A stretch of 64,000 bases of DNA. Origin: an uncultured Candidatus Poseidoniales archaeon (GTDB taxonomy: Archaea; Thermoplasmatota; Poseidoniia; Poseidoniales; CAYMED01). Numbering within the stretch: position 1 is the stretch's first letter; the number at the start of each line of letters is the position of its first letter. Below, piece after piece: positions 38,146 through 48,704 of the stretch. The notes under the pieces were generated by a model. It was not told where the DNA came from. It saw only the letters and a program-made list of their open reading frames with translations, and searched no databases. The translations under genes and the position numbers were made by a program. Location of the stretch: the NCBI GenBank assembly GCA_964389655.1, contig CAYMED010000002.1, forward strand, positions 32,001 to 96,000. The letters are read 5' to 3'.

Positions 38146-39573
38146 ATGACGAACCTTTCAGACGCAGCGAATTCTGTATTCAAGGCCTATGATATACGCG
38201 GCATAGCAGGCGAACCCCTAAATGCACACCTAGCTAAGCAGATTGGGGCTGCATTAGCCGTTCAAATTAGTCCTAAATCGATTGCCGTTGGGCGAGATAT
38301 TAGGGTGAGCAGTCCCGAATTAGCAAATTCCCTTATCGATGGGCTTGTGCATTCAGGTGTCAATGTGATTGACCTTGGTGTCGTCCCCACTGGTGCCATG
38401 TACCATGCAACTCATCATTTAGATGTGGACGGTGGGGTAATGGTAACTGCTTCACACAACCCACCAGAATATAATGGGTTCAAGATTAACAGAGGAACAT
38501 CTTCTATGGCGGGTGATGCGATTATTGAATTACGAGACATTGTTTCTTCAGGAAAAAAAAGTACAGGAAAGGGGCAAGTGGAAAAATATGACATTATTGA
38601 GGACATGCTCAATGCTATCGTTGCATCTTCAGGAATTCCAATGCGCCCAATGTCAATCGTTGTTGATGCTGGCAATGCGGTTCCAGGCCCAGCAGTTGCT
38701 AGGTTGATGGATTTATTGAATGTCAATGCTACATTGCTGTATTGTGACCCTGACCCCACATTCCCTAACCACCCTCCTGATCCTACGCGACCATCAAATA
38801 TGGTTGACCTTGCCCAAGCCGTGATTTCAGAATGTGCTGAATTTGGAATTGGCATTGACGGAGATGGCGATCGAATTGGAATTGTGGATGAAAGAGGCCA
38901 GTTCATTTCTCCAGATCGTTTACTTACCTTGTTTGCAATAGATACAATAGAGGTGGCACGCGCTAACGAACCAAATTCAGAACCTCCAATCATATTCGAT
39001 GTTAAATGTTCAATGAGCCTAGAAGAATCGATAATTGCAGCAGGGGGAAAACCCATCATGATGCGCACTGGCCATTCATTCCTCAAACAAGCACTCAAAG
39101 ATCTTCCATCTTGTCCCTTTGCGGGAGAAATGAGCGGTCACTTTTTCTTCAACGATAATTGGCCAGGATATGATGATGCACTCTATGCTAGTGCGCGTCT
39201 TTTAGAACTCGTGTCTCGAGATCCGTCTCCTGAAAATGGTGGCCCTACAATGTCCCAACGGCTTTCAATATATCCAAACTACCCCGCAACAGGTGAGGTG
39301 AAAATTCCCCTCAAAGGATTACGTAATGAATTGATGAATTCAATCATTGATCGACTTGATACATCCGGCGCTCGTCTCAATACAAGTGATGGCGTTCGTG
39401 CTCGATGGGCAGATGGGTGGTTTTTGTGCCGACCTTCAAACACGGAACCCATTCTTGTAATGCGGGCAGAAGGGAGAAGCAAAAAAATCCTGTTAGGTAT
39501 TGCGAAAGAGATTGAAGAAAAAATAGGTGATTTGGTGGATTTGTCCACATTTCTCTCAGATATCCCTGCTTAA
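38146..39573 (+). CDS. Phosphomannomutase/phosphoglucomutase
   Basis: FKAYDIRG, VTASHNP (phosphoserine), DGDGDR (metal loop), GEMSGH and RPSNTEP. Confidence 0.93.
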   Translation: MTNLSDAANSVFKAYDIRGIAGEPLNAHLAKQIGAALAVQISPKSIAVGRDIRVSSPELANSLIDGLVHSGVNVIDLGVVPTGAMYHATHHLDVDGGVMVTASHNPPEYNGFKINRGTSSMAGDAIIELRDIVSSGKKSTGKGQVEKYDIIEDMLNAIVASSGIPMRPMSIVVDAGNAVPGPAVARLMDLLNVNATLLYCDPDPTFPNHPPDPTRPSNMVDLAQAVISECAEFGIGIDGDGDRIGIVDERGQFISPDRLLTLFAIDTIEVARANEPNSEPPIIFDVKCSMSLEESIIAAGGKPIMMRTGHSFLKQALKDLPSCPFAGEMSGHFFFNDNWPGYDDALYASARLLELVSRDPSPENGGPTMSQRLSIYPNYPATGEVKIPLKGLRNELMNSIIDRLDTSGARLNTSDGVRARWADGWFLCRPSNTEPILVMRAEGRSKKILLGIAKEIEEKIGDLVDLSTFLSDIPA

Positions 39574-39589
39574 ATGGACTTATTCGGTA

Positions 39590-42500
39590 TTATTCTTCGT
39601 GCTGTAACCAATCATGCACGCCAGGTCTTCTATACCAAAGGTTTCCACTACCTGCGGGGTGCTCCATCCATTCAATCCCACTTTCATCGACAATGACTGA
39701 ATCGTAAGCCTCTTCACCATATTCTTCTGCCTCTTCAAACGCATCCATGTCTATCCGGCCAGTTCGAAGTATTAGCACAAAGAGAACAGCCATACCAATT
39801 AACACAAAACCAGCAAGTGCGACAATAACGATGGCTCCACCCCCATTATTTTCTTCGGTCTGTGCCTGAGATGCTCGGCTTAGGCTTGCCTTTTCTCCAC
39901 TATTGGTGGTTGTATTTTCAGTACCTATATTACTCGATTCTGGCGTGGTCGAAGCACTATTGTCTTCTAACCCAGTAATGTCAGGGTTACTCGGGTCAGC
40001 ATCATTCTCATCAGATACTCCATCCCCATCTCTATCGGGACAACCGTACCGGTCGATCCAAGATGTCCCCTTGAATGCGGGACAGGCATCGGGTTCTATT
40101 CCATCCGGATTATCTCCGTAGTCATCCTCATCTCGATTTTCCCATTGTGTCTTTTCATTTGGAAATGCATCAGCTCCATCGGCCCAATGATCTCCATCCC
40201 CATCTAGGCACCCCAACAACCCTTTCGTTGATGTTCCAGCAACTTTTGGACAATCATCGAAAGGTGCAACCGCACTTGCAGCGAACTCAGGGTCGTCCCA
40301 ACCATCATTATCCCAATCTAATGGCCATTGGTCCGCATTATTTGCACCAGGGAGCCATTCACCAGGATAACTTTCAACTCTTTCTTGATGCCACATAGGA
40401 CTTCCATAATTATCTCCGAGCCCATCTCGATCGGTGTCATTCCACTGGGTTGGATCGTCGAAAAATGCATCTGCGCCATTATCTATCGTCCAATCTGCTG
40501 TTGGATTAGATGCCCCGTCCCCGTCCTGGTCTGGACATCCAAAGCGATCAATATACGATGTGCCATGCTCATTCACGCAGCCATCCGGCTCAAACCCATC
40601 TGCCTCATCTCCAAAGCCATCTCCATCCCTATCTTCCCATTGTGTGGGTTCAGATGGAAATGCGTCTATTTTGTTTGCACCAATTGATTGATTATCACCC
40701 CATCCATCCCCATCGAGGTCTGACCACTGAGTTGGTTCATTTGGTAGTGCATCAGATTGCGACGCTCCTTTTGTTTGATTATCACCCCACCCATCTCCGT
40801 CACTATCTGAGTGTTGGGTTGGGTTCATCGGAAATGCATCACCGAATGGATGATCCGACCACCCATCGAGATCAGTATCTGGGCAACCATATCCATCTAG
40901 TGCAATTCCTCCGGCTTCAAATGGGCATCCATCAGGTTGGTGGGCCCCAATATGGAATTGACCAATGACGGGAGTTTCTGATTCCCGCATGTCCGTCCAA
41001 GACGAATCAGCCCAATTATCTCCATATCCATCCTCATCCATATCAGCCCATTGTGTCTTTTCGTTTGGAAACGCATCGCCCCCATCATCCTTTGTCCACC
41101 CGCTATCAGTATTGGAATATCCATCCTCATCTGAGTCAAGACAACCTAGTCGGTCGGCCGAAGAAGTTCCCGCAATTGTCGGGCACGCGTCCCCATTATG
41201 TCCACCCGATTCATCGCCCCATCCATCCCCATCTGAGTCGGCCCATTGGGTGCCGTCCCCTGGAAATTCATCATTTGTATCAGCCCATCCGTCGCCATCT
41301 GAATCTACACATCCTAGAACATTACCTTTTGAGGAGGTTCCCGCAATTGTTGGACAGCTGTCAACATTATCCCCAAACCCATCCCCATCAGAATCAGCAA
41401 CCATGCGCCAAATAAATCCGTCAGACCCTCCGTTGTTTGTAAGAGTAAGATCACCAATTGTTGTTGGTGATGTTCCATTTCCGCCAAATAATCCCACAGC
41501 ATAAATAGTTCCAGAAGAATCAATTGTGATATCGACCCCTTGATCATCATTGGTGCTTCCAGTTGCAATAACTTCTGTCCACGCACCCGTGGTATCAAAT
41601 GATAGAATTAGGATGTCAGATCCGCCTTGAGGTGAAATTGTTTTTGTTCCAGAACCTGAAATTGGGATCGATATGGACGTACTATCAAAAGAGGCGGCAA
41701 ACCACACATCACCTGACGATTCTGCCTCAATACCATATCCGTATTCATCCCCTCCTCCCCCCAAACTCATAATCCAAGATGGATTTCCTGAAGTGGCAGT
41801 TATGGAAGCAACAAACAAGTCACTTCCTCCAGCATTTGATGCACTTTTTGATCCCAAATTTATTGACCCTCCATCATAGGAACCAGATGCAAATACATTA
41901 CCGGACGAATCAACTTCTAATCCTTCAATAGATTCATCCCCTGTCCCTGATATTTGGGATGTCCAACTAACCACTTGGTTGGATGGATTAATACGGACAA
42001 GAAGGGAGTCTTGTCCCCCAGTACTTGTATGTGATTTACCCCATATGTTGGCAGTTTCTTCAAAAAGAATTGAAATAACAGTTTCCTGCGAACCTATTTC
42101 TTCCATTTCAACACCCAAATCACCTCCCGCACCCCCTGCTGTTGAGATCCAAGTCCATGATCCAGATGTGGTAAGGCCCCCAAAAAACACATCAAGTGTT
42201 GTTTGTCCCGTAGCATCCGTATTCGATGTAATGGATTTTGATCCCACAGTCATGGTTTCAGCATACGTTCCTAGAACGACTACCTCGTTACCGATTAATT
42301 CCACATCAAATAATGCGCCAGCACCACCATTTCCGAAGGATGAAGTATCATATGGAATACTTTCTGCCCACGACCAAACACCGTTTGAATTAATTTTGGC
42401 AACCCACCCATTCAAGATCCAATCAGAGTGTCCTTGAATTGTTGTTGAACCAAATGTAGTGGATGGTGAGGTGTAGGTGGTGATGTCTTGACTATATCCA

Positions 42501-42991
42501 GCAACATATGCATTACCCTGTGCATCGACTGTAATTCCGAATGCGCGGTCATTGGTTGAACCTCCTGCTTTTGCGGCCCACACCCATTGCCCAGTCGCAG
42601 TCATCCTAGCAATGAATACATCATAATCTCCAGAACTTGAAAGGGTGGTGGAGCCAAAAGATGCAGTGTCACTGAATAACCCTATGAGCCAAATATCCCC
42701 ATTAGGGCCAGTAACTGATTTTAGGATCAAATCTTCACCAGAACCTCCCATTCCTTCTGCCCAACTCGCCGCAGTTCCACTGGCGCGTGCGCTAACTTGG
42801 CTAAATACGAGATCTCTCCTCTCTAAATCAATCGATTCAAAGTCTTGGATTGCATCTTTAATCACAGCATCCGGTCCCGTAATAGCTGTTTCAGCGGCAG
42901 CAAGGATTGAAAGAGAAAGAAATCCTATGATTACCGCGAAAGAACGGCGCGCTGCGTAGCATCTAGTGGACATAGCCAAGCCCCTGATCAT
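39590..42991 (-). CDS. Membrane-anchored surface protein: SBBP-like beta-propeller plus thrombospondin type-3-like Ca-binding repeats
   Basis: Signal peptide. Propeller repeats (GITVDAQGNAYVAG, GLEVDSSGNVFASG, DITIDSSGTIYAVG). Many DxFPxxxTQWxDxDGDGWGD and GCxDxDGDG repeats. C-terminal TM. Confidence 0.85.
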   Translation of the reverse strand: MIRGLAMSTRCYAARRSFAVIIGFLSLSILAAAETAITGPDAVIKDAIQDFESIDLERRDLVFSQVSARASGTAASWAEGMGGSGEDLILKSVTGPNGDIWLIGLFSDTASFGSTTLSSSGDYDVFIARMTATGQWVWAAKAGGSTNDRAFGITVDAQGNAYVAGYSQDITTYTSPSTTFGSTTIQGHSDWILNGWVAKINSNGVWSWAESIPYDTSSFGNGGAGALFDVELIGNEVVVLGTYAETMTVGSKSITSNTDATGQTTLDVFFGGLTTSGSWTWISTAGGAGGDLGVEMEEIGSQETVISILFEETANIWGKSHTSTGGQDSLLVRINPSNQVVSWTSQISGTGDESIEGLEVDSSGNVFASGSYDGGSINLGSKSASNAGGSDLFVASITATSGNPSWIMSLGGGGDEYGYGIEAESSGDVWFAASFDSTSISIPISGSGTKTISPQGGSDILILSFDTTGAWTEVIATGSTNDDQGVDITIDSSGTIYAVGLFGGNGTSPTTIGDLTLTNNGGSDGFIWRMVADSDGDGFGDNVDSCPTIAGTSSKGNVLGCVDSDGDGWADTNDEFPGDGTQWADSDGDGWGDESGGHNGDACPTIAGTSSADRLGCLDSDEDGYSNTDSGWTKDDGGDAFPNEKTQWADMDEDGYGDNWADSSWTDMRESETPVIGQFHIGAHQPDGCPFEAGGIALDGYGCPDTDLDGWSDHPFGDAFPMNPTQHSDSDGDGWGDNQTKGASQSDALPNEPTQWSDLDGDGWGDNQSIGANKIDAFPSEPTQWEDRDGDGFGDEADGFEPDGCVNEHGTSYIDRFGCPDQDGDGASNPTADWTIDNGADAFFDDPTQWNDTDRDGLGDNYGSPMWHQERVESYPGEWLPGANNADQWPLDWDNDGWDDPEFAASAVAPFDDCPKVAGTSTKGLLGCLDGDGDHWADGADAFPNEKTQWENRDEDDYGDNPDGIEPDACPAFKGTSWIDRYGCPDRDGDGVSDENDADPSNPDITGLEDNSASTTPESSNIGTENTTTNSGEKASLSRASQAQTEENNGGGAIVIVALAGFVLIGMAVLFVLILRTGRIDMDAFEEAEEYGEEAYDSVIVDESGIEWMEHPAGSGNLWYRRPGVHDWLQHEE

Positions 42992-43033
42992 TAAGCAACT
43001 GCCCCACTCCCCATTATGACTTTTGATTGCAAG

Positions 43034-44578
43034 TCACATTCGTTCTAGGTTTATGTTCCCGCTTAACTTTCGCTGGCTTTTCCGATATTTTGGCGTTAGC
43101 CATGTATCATACAATGATTCAATGGCCAAATTTACTGTGGCTTCAGCAAAAGATGGGTGTACGGACATGCTGTCAAGTAGTTGTTGTAATGTGGCCCCTG
43201 TTCGTGTTGCTAGAGCAAACATTTGTATCAAATCAGCAGCATTTGGTGCAATCAAATCAGCACCAACCACCACATCTTTTACACAAATTACTTTGACAAA
43301 TCCCGTGGGTTGATCATCAATGATTGCACGATCGATATTTCCCGAATCCCATTTGTATACGTTAACCTTCTTTCCGAACAATCGTCTTGCATCTGATTCA
43401 GTATATCCACAATGTGCTATTTCAGGATCAATCATAGTTGCCCATGTTACTCGATCAGGCTCAAATCGAAATCTTGCTTTGCTGCGTGATGCGCCAGTAA
43501 AGGCATGTTCGGCAGCAACCCGTGCCTGCCAAGCTGCTAGATGTGTAAAGGGATGCGTCCCAAGAACTTCACCTGCAGCATATACATCTGGGTTTGATGT
43601 TTTCATCACGTCGTCGACTGCTATGTGGCCTGATCTCTGGTCGAAATTGATTTCCCCAGCTTCAAGGCCAAGATCTTCAGGCGTTGGTATTCTCCCTATT
43701 GCAATCAGTAAATGAGACCCATTTCGTTCTGTACCGTCTGGGAGAGTGACCGTAACATCCCCTTGTGCTCGACCTGCCCCTGAGCCTCCCGCAACCTCTA
43801 ATTTTCTTGTACGTCCAGCAAGGACTTCCACACCCTCTGATTGAAGGATGTTTTTGCATAGATCTCCCACTTCAGGGTCATCTCGAGGCAAGACTTGTCC
43901 ACTTTGCCCACAAATAATTGATACTGCAGAACCAAACCGGCGCCAAATTTGTGCCCATTCAACGGCCTCTCTTCCAGCACCTATGATTATCATATATTCT
44001 GGCAATTCTGTAATGTTCCAAATAGTGTGGAGCGTAAGGGGCGCTGCTTTTCGATATTCTTTTGGAGTTTCAATTGACGAACCCGTAGCAATCATTGCTT
44101 TCTTGAAACCCACTGGTAAGCCATTAACCACCATTTCGCTTGTGCTAATGAATTTCGCTTCAGAACCGAGTAGCACTTCAATACCCCTGTCTGCGAGATA
44201 TCTTTGGGAAAACCGTTCCATTACCAAATCCCTAACTTTTCCCGTATGGTGGTAAGCCTTCCGGAGGGACATTTCAGGGAATGGCTCTATCCGCGACAAT
44301 CCAAACCGCCCCTGGGAGTATGCCTTTGATCGCGCTCGAGCAGTTGAGAGAAGGGTGGAACGAGGCAATGTTCCCCGATGCATTGAATTCCCTCCCAATT
44401 CCTCATTCTTCTCAACAATGAGTGTTTTCGCACCTAATTGTGCTGCCAATAATGCTCCTGCAACCCCTGCAGCACCACCGCCAATAACAACGAAATCATA
44501 ATCCCCTCCTGCAAAATCAGAAGGAGGAACATCTGCGTGGATAGGGGGCCATTCCTCGTCATCCATACTTGACACCAA
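43034..44578 (-). CDS. Class I pyridine nucleotide-disulfide oxidoreductase homologue (Lpd/MerA/SthA family) without redox cysteines
   Basis: VVIGGGAAG, IATGS, IIGAG, TSNPDVYAAGEV and HPSFAE. The active-site region reads GGNSMHRGTLP instead of GGxCxxxGCxP. Confidence 0.85.
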   Translation of the reverse strand: MVSSMDDEEWPPIHADVPPSDFAGGDYDFVVIGGGAAGVAGALLAAQLGAKTLIVEKNEELGGNSMHRGTLPRSTLLSTARARSKAYSQGRFGLSRIEPFPEMSLRKAYHHTGKVRDLVMERFSQRYLADRGIEVLLGSEAKFISTSEMVVNGLPVGFKKAMIATGSSIETPKEYRKAAPLTLHTIWNITELPEYMIIIGAGREAVEWAQIWRRFGSAVSIICGQSGQVLPRDDPEVGDLCKNILQSEGVEVLAGRTRKLEVAGGSGAGRAQGDVTVTLPDGTERNGSHLLIAIGRIPTPEDLGLEAGEINFDQRSGHIAVDDVMKTSNPDVYAAGEVLGTHPFTHLAAWQARVAAEHAFTGASRSKARFRFEPDRVTWATMIDPEIAHCGYTESDARRLFGKKVNVYKWDSGNIDRAIIDDQPTGFVKVICVKDVVVGADLIAPNAADLIQMFALATRTGATLQQLLDSMSVHPSFAEATVNLAIESLYDTWLTPKYRKSQRKLSGNINLERM

Positions 44579-44740
44579 TGGGCGAATAGGCCGCTTTATT
44601 TACAAAGTAATGCATATATCTTCTCTTTTTTGTTTGATCTCCCGCCCACCCACATTTTTCGACTTATCATATTTCCATCTGTGGTTAGCATATTTTTCCT
44701 AGGGAGCAGATTTCATGCCCCCCCCCCCTCTCCCAACACC

Positions 44741-44992
44741 ATGCCCCGCCTAAGTGACTTGCGCGGCCGTGCAGTTATTCTCCCCGATGGACGGAAACTT
44801 GGAACCGTTCATGATGCGGTTATTACTCGTGACGATTTGGAATGCACCCATCTTTTTGTCTCAGATGTGGATGAAAATTTAGTTGAGGGCGCAGTCCCTC
44901 TTGCGATTCCTTGGCGATGGGTTCGTGGCGTCGCCGAAGTGGTGGTTTTGCGGTGGTTTCCAGAAACACCAATCCCCTTTGAAAGACAATGA
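44741..44992 (+). CDS. PRC-barrel domain protein
   Basis: LSDLRGRAVILPDGRKLGTVHDAVI...IPWRWVRGVAEVVVL. Start at ATG 44741. Confidence 0.8.
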   Translation: MPRLSDLRGRAVILPDGRKLGTVHDAVITRDDLECTHLFVSDVDENLVEGAVPLAIPWRWVRGVAEVVVLRWFPETPIPFERQ

Positions 44993-45001
44993 GGGCACTA
45001 C

Positions 45002-46093
45002 ATGGCAATACATTTGCACATGTTGGGAACGGCCTCAGCACGACCAGCACATGGGCGCGACGTTAGTGGGTCAATCCTTCGAGGAGATGGATGGATAATT
45101 GGTATTGACCCAGGCGAAGGCTTTCAGCAGCGTATTAGAAAGCACGATATGCTGCTAAAGAAATTTCAACCTAGGTGGCGCATCCGTTCCAACCGTATTG
45201 ATCTAGTTCTTATCACACATGGTCACCTTGATCATACATGGGGCCTGTTACCTTGGCTTCATTCTCAGTCATTAGATGGCAGAAAGAAACCATTACGCAT
45301 TATTGCTCCAACTTCCTCTGCAGGTAAGTTGTCATCAAATAATGGTACTTCACTCAATAACTTGTCTTTGTCAGGCCAAGACATGGCAGTTCAATTTGCA
45401 GCAATTCACCGCATAGGTGGGGCAGCATATTCATTTGATATAAAATGGGATTTAATTGATATTGAAAAGGAAATCAGTCAGGTAGTTGAAGTTGACATTA
45501 ATGGCCTAGATGTCCGTGCTTTGAGGACTCATCATCGAATTCCATCGTGCGGGTGGAAAATCTCTGAAACAGACCATGTTGGCTCATTCGACCGTGCAGC
45601 TGCAGAAGCAGACGGATTAGATGAGATGACAATCCGGGAATTGGCAAAAAATCCCTCTTTATCGCCAAATTATAGAGGGGGAATGCGACACGGAAGTCGC
45701 GTCATTATCAGCGGTGATACAACGGCACAAGCACCGGGATTTCGTATTTGTGAAGGTCCGGTTGATTTGCTCGTACACGAAGCAACTTACGATGAATCAA
45801 ACCGGGAAAAAGCAGAAAAAAATTTACATTCCACTGGTCTTGATGCCGCGAAAGCAGCTCAAAAAATAACAGCTAAACACCTTTTGATTACTCATTATAG
45901 CCAACGATACTCATCTCCAAACAAAATGTTGTTTGAAGCACGAACAATCCATCCTAGAACTGCCGCAGCCCATGATGGTTGTATCGTTGAAATAAGATCT
46001 GGAGAAACTCCCATTTACTATTGCATCGATGCCGATGGAATTCACCGAATTGATACGGCATTTAGTGAAAACGACCTGCACGCAATGGACTAA
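45002..46093 (+). CDS. rnz: Ribonuclease Z (tRNase Z)
   Basis: LGTASARP, DPGEG, THGHLDH, exosite region, SGDT, HEATY, HST and THYSQRY. Confidence 0.9.
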   Translation: MAIHLHMLGTASARPAHGRDVSGSILRGDGWIIGIDPGEGFQQRIRKHDMLLKKFQPRWRIRSNRIDLVLITHGHLDHTWGLLPWLHSQSLDGRKKPLRIIAPTSSAGKLSSNNGTSLNNLSLSGQDMAVQFAAIHRIGGAAYSFDIKWDLIDIEKEISQVVEVDINGLDVRALRTHHRIPSCGWKISETDHVGSFDRAAAEADGLDEMTIRELAKNPSLSPNYRGGMRHGSRVIISGDTTAQAPGFRICEGPVDLLVHEATYDESNREKAEKNLHSTGLDAAKAAQKITAKHLLITHYSQRYSSPNKMLFEARTIHPRTAAAHDGCIVEIRSGETPIYYCIDADGIHRIDTAFSENDLHAMD

Positions 46094-46125
46094 TCTTCAT
46101 GACTATGAAGAGGATGGGAGTTTAG

Positions 46126-48657
46126 ATGCATCTCCAAAGGCGAGTGGTATTTGCCGCCTTTGTGCTCGTCATGACATTAGGAATTCCACCATCAGCCGCA
46201 GACGAAAACACACATGCAAGAGCAAATTTGGGACTTTGCTCTCTGCACACAACGTTCACCAACGTAGTTGTGGCGGATGGGTCTTGTGCAGTCTTTCAAA
46301 CCGCACCTTTACCCCCCGGTGCAATATTATCTATCCAATTAGATGTTCAAGCAACCCTGCCCTGGGATTTATTTGTGCTCGATCAAGTAACTTGGGACCA
46401 ATATAATGGTAGTCAAGATTTTTCTTCCGTTCTTGTAGATGGTCCTTCATTGATCAACGTTCAACCCACCTCTTTGTCATTCAATTGGACAACCCCCACA
46501 TCATGCACTGGCCAAAGCACTTGCATTTGGCACCTCATTCTTGACAACCGAAATGATGCTAAAGTTCCAGGTGCTCCCGGGGGGGCCCCTATTACTGCAT
46601 CTTTATCCGTAATTGAACGTACAAATTCCCCAAATATTATTTATGATTCTGTGGGACATTATGGAGCCGATAAACCCCACCCCATTGTCACTCAAATTGG
46701 CCTTGATTCAGGGTCTACGATCCAAGTTGAAGCCAAGGCGCTGGTCGGCACAGCAGACATTTACCTCCTTACTGATGAAGAGATTTGCTCCCGCACAGCA
46801 GTCAATTATCCTGAAAAAAGCTGTTGGTGGATTTATCAAAACATCAATGATCAGGGAGACCTTTGGATACCGGGTGCAAGTGCCCCCGACCGAACATACC
46901 TATGGCGCCTGACCCCTCAATTATCATCACTAACTTGGACTGTTGATTCAACGCATGATGGGATGTCCATACTTGTTGTTGTCAATACACAAGCGAGGGG
47001 CGATTCGGGCTTAGCCACAGCAGCATCAGGAACCCTATACATCCGCGTATCTATCAACCCGGTCATAAATGCAGAAGGTTTGGTGGGACCAAACGGTGCA
47101 TCTTCTGAAGTGGGCGGTGTCATGACACTAGATTCAAGCACGACCCCTAATGCAAGTGCACAGATCATCGATCGTTGGTGGGACCTCGATATTAACTTTG
47201 AAAATGATGGTTTTGGGGGCCCAGCAAATGATCGAGACTGTGATGCAAATTCCCCATCCACTACGTGGGAAGTCATAGGAAGCGGCGCATCCCTAATTGG
47301 GGAATGCCGGCGCGATGGCAATGAGATGTCTAATGAGGTACGATGGCTATCTCCCGGTTCACGAACGATTGCCTTGTGGGTCAAAGGAAGTGACGGGACA
47401 TTAGATAGCCATACGATTCCAGTGACAATTACAGATCAAACAGATCCAATTTTAATTGGGTCGATTAATGGTATCACCCAACCAAGTGTTGGCGACAGAA
47501 AGGAGTATTCGGCAACTGTTGATGATAACCATCAGCCAGATGAATATCGCTGGCTTATCAATGGCAATATTCGAGCAAATGGAAGCCTAGGTGCTGCAAA
47601 CATGGATGAATTTGGCCGTTGGTCGATACCTCAATTTTCAGAAACATGGAATTCACGCGGTATCCACTCACTACGGCTTGAAGTCTCAGATCCATCGGGA
47701 AATTTACTTATTGAAGAACTCAAAATAACTGTGATTGATACAACGATTCCTGAAATACGCAGTTTGGAAGCAAGCGCTACTAAAGTAGAAGTTGGCGCCA
47801 CCATCACACTTGAAGCAAGTGCATCCGAAATTGAAAGCCCATCAGGGGATATAGTGTATTGCTGGGACCTTAACACGGGCATTGATAGTAGCAACGATTC
47901 TGATCCAAGCAATGATTGTGATGTGATGGGCCAAACCGTCGAAGTATCTTGGTCAACACCAGGTTCTAGGGACGTTGTTCTGATCGCTAGAAATGTGGAT
48001 GGATATTCTGCCTACGAAGTTCTTGCAATTGAGATATTACCTCTCCCTGAATCTGACTTCCCTATATTTTCAGTTATTCTTCTTGTAAGCACTCTTGCAG
48101 CCGTAGGCGGCTGGCTTGGTTGGCGTAGGTATAATGATGTGAACACCCTCAAAGAGATGATGGCCCAACAAGTTGCAGAATCATCTGCACAACAAACCCA
48201 AGAGCTAGATTCAGCATCACAAGTCTCCATGTTTGCACCCACTTCGAATGAGGGCGAAATGCGTCGTTTGGCGGGAATTGGCGGAGGCTCCTTTTCTCGC
48301 GATGCAGCAGAAGCAGAGATGGCCCGTTTAGCAGGAATGCCAGTATATTCCCATTCCATAGTTGAACCAGTTCAAAATCCGGTAGATATTGAAGATATCA
48401 AGGGAATCAAGGAAATGGATGAGCTGTCTTTCCTAGATGCAACTTCACCTAAGAACACCTCACCAACCCTTATCGATGATTTTGACCCATATGGGTCCCC
48501 CGATCAAATTGATCCACTTGCCGTTGAAGCATATTCATCCCACCGTGCTGAATGTGCAAATTGCTCGCGGACATTTGCACTTGATCTTCCCCCAAACACC
48601 AAAGAAGCAGTGGTTGAATGTCCCCATTGTAACACAAGACAACGGTTCAGACCATAA
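46126..48657 (+). CDS. Exported PKD/Ig-domain protein with C-terminal TM and cytoplasmic Zn ribbon
   Basis: Signal peptide. PKD-like modules (WWDLD...SPGSRTIALWV, YCWDLN...STPGSRDVVL). TM PIFSVILLVSTLAAVGGWLGW. Terminal CANC-x18-CPHC. Confidence 0.75.
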   Translation: MHLQRRVVFAAFVLVMTLGIPPSAADENTHARANLGLCSLHTTFTNVVVADGSCAVFQTAPLPPGAILSIQLDVQATLPWDLFVLDQVTWDQYNGSQDFSSVLVDGPSLINVQPTSLSFNWTTPTSCTGQSTCIWHLILDNRNDAKVPGAPGGAPITASLSVIERTNSPNIIYDSVGHYGADKPHPIVTQIGLDSGSTIQVEAKALVGTADIYLLTDEEICSRTAVNYPEKSCWWIYQNINDQGDLWIPGASAPDRTYLWRLTPQLSSLTWTVDSTHDGMSILVVVNTQARGDSGLATAASGTLYIRVSINPVINAEGLVGPNGASSEVGGVMTLDSSTTPNASAQIIDRWWDLDINFENDGFGGPANDRDCDANSPSTTWEVIGSGASLIGECRRDGNEMSNEVRWLSPGSRTIALWVKGSDGTLDSHTIPVTITDQTDPILIGSINGITQPSVGDRKEYSATVDDNHQPDEYRWLINGNIRANGSLGAANMDEFGRWSIPQFSETWNSRGIHSLRLEVSDPSGNLLIEELKITVIDTTIPEIRSLEASATKVEVGATITLEASASEIESPSGDIVYCWDLNTGIDSSNDSDPSNDCDVMGQTVEVSWSTPGSRDVVLIARNVDGYSAYEVLAIEILPLPESDFPIFSVILLVSTLAAVGGWLGWRRYNDVNTLKEMMAQQVAESSAQQTQELDSASQVSMFAPTSNEGEMRRLAGIGGGSFSRDAAEAEMARLAGMPVYSHSIVEPVQNPVDIEDIKGIKEMDELSFLDATSPKNTSPTLIDDFDPYGSPDQIDPLAVEAYSSHRAECANCSRTFALDLPPNTKEAVVECPHCNTRQRFRP

Positions 48658-48704
48658 CATATCGAGCGAACCCATATCAGTACGGTCGTCGAGCACAGAA
48701 CGTT

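Noticed and set aside
43034-44578. Mercuric reductase or dihydrolipoamide dehydrogenase
   Set aside because: No CxxxxC redox pair, no C-terminal CC pair, and no mer or 2-oxoacid dehydrogenase context.
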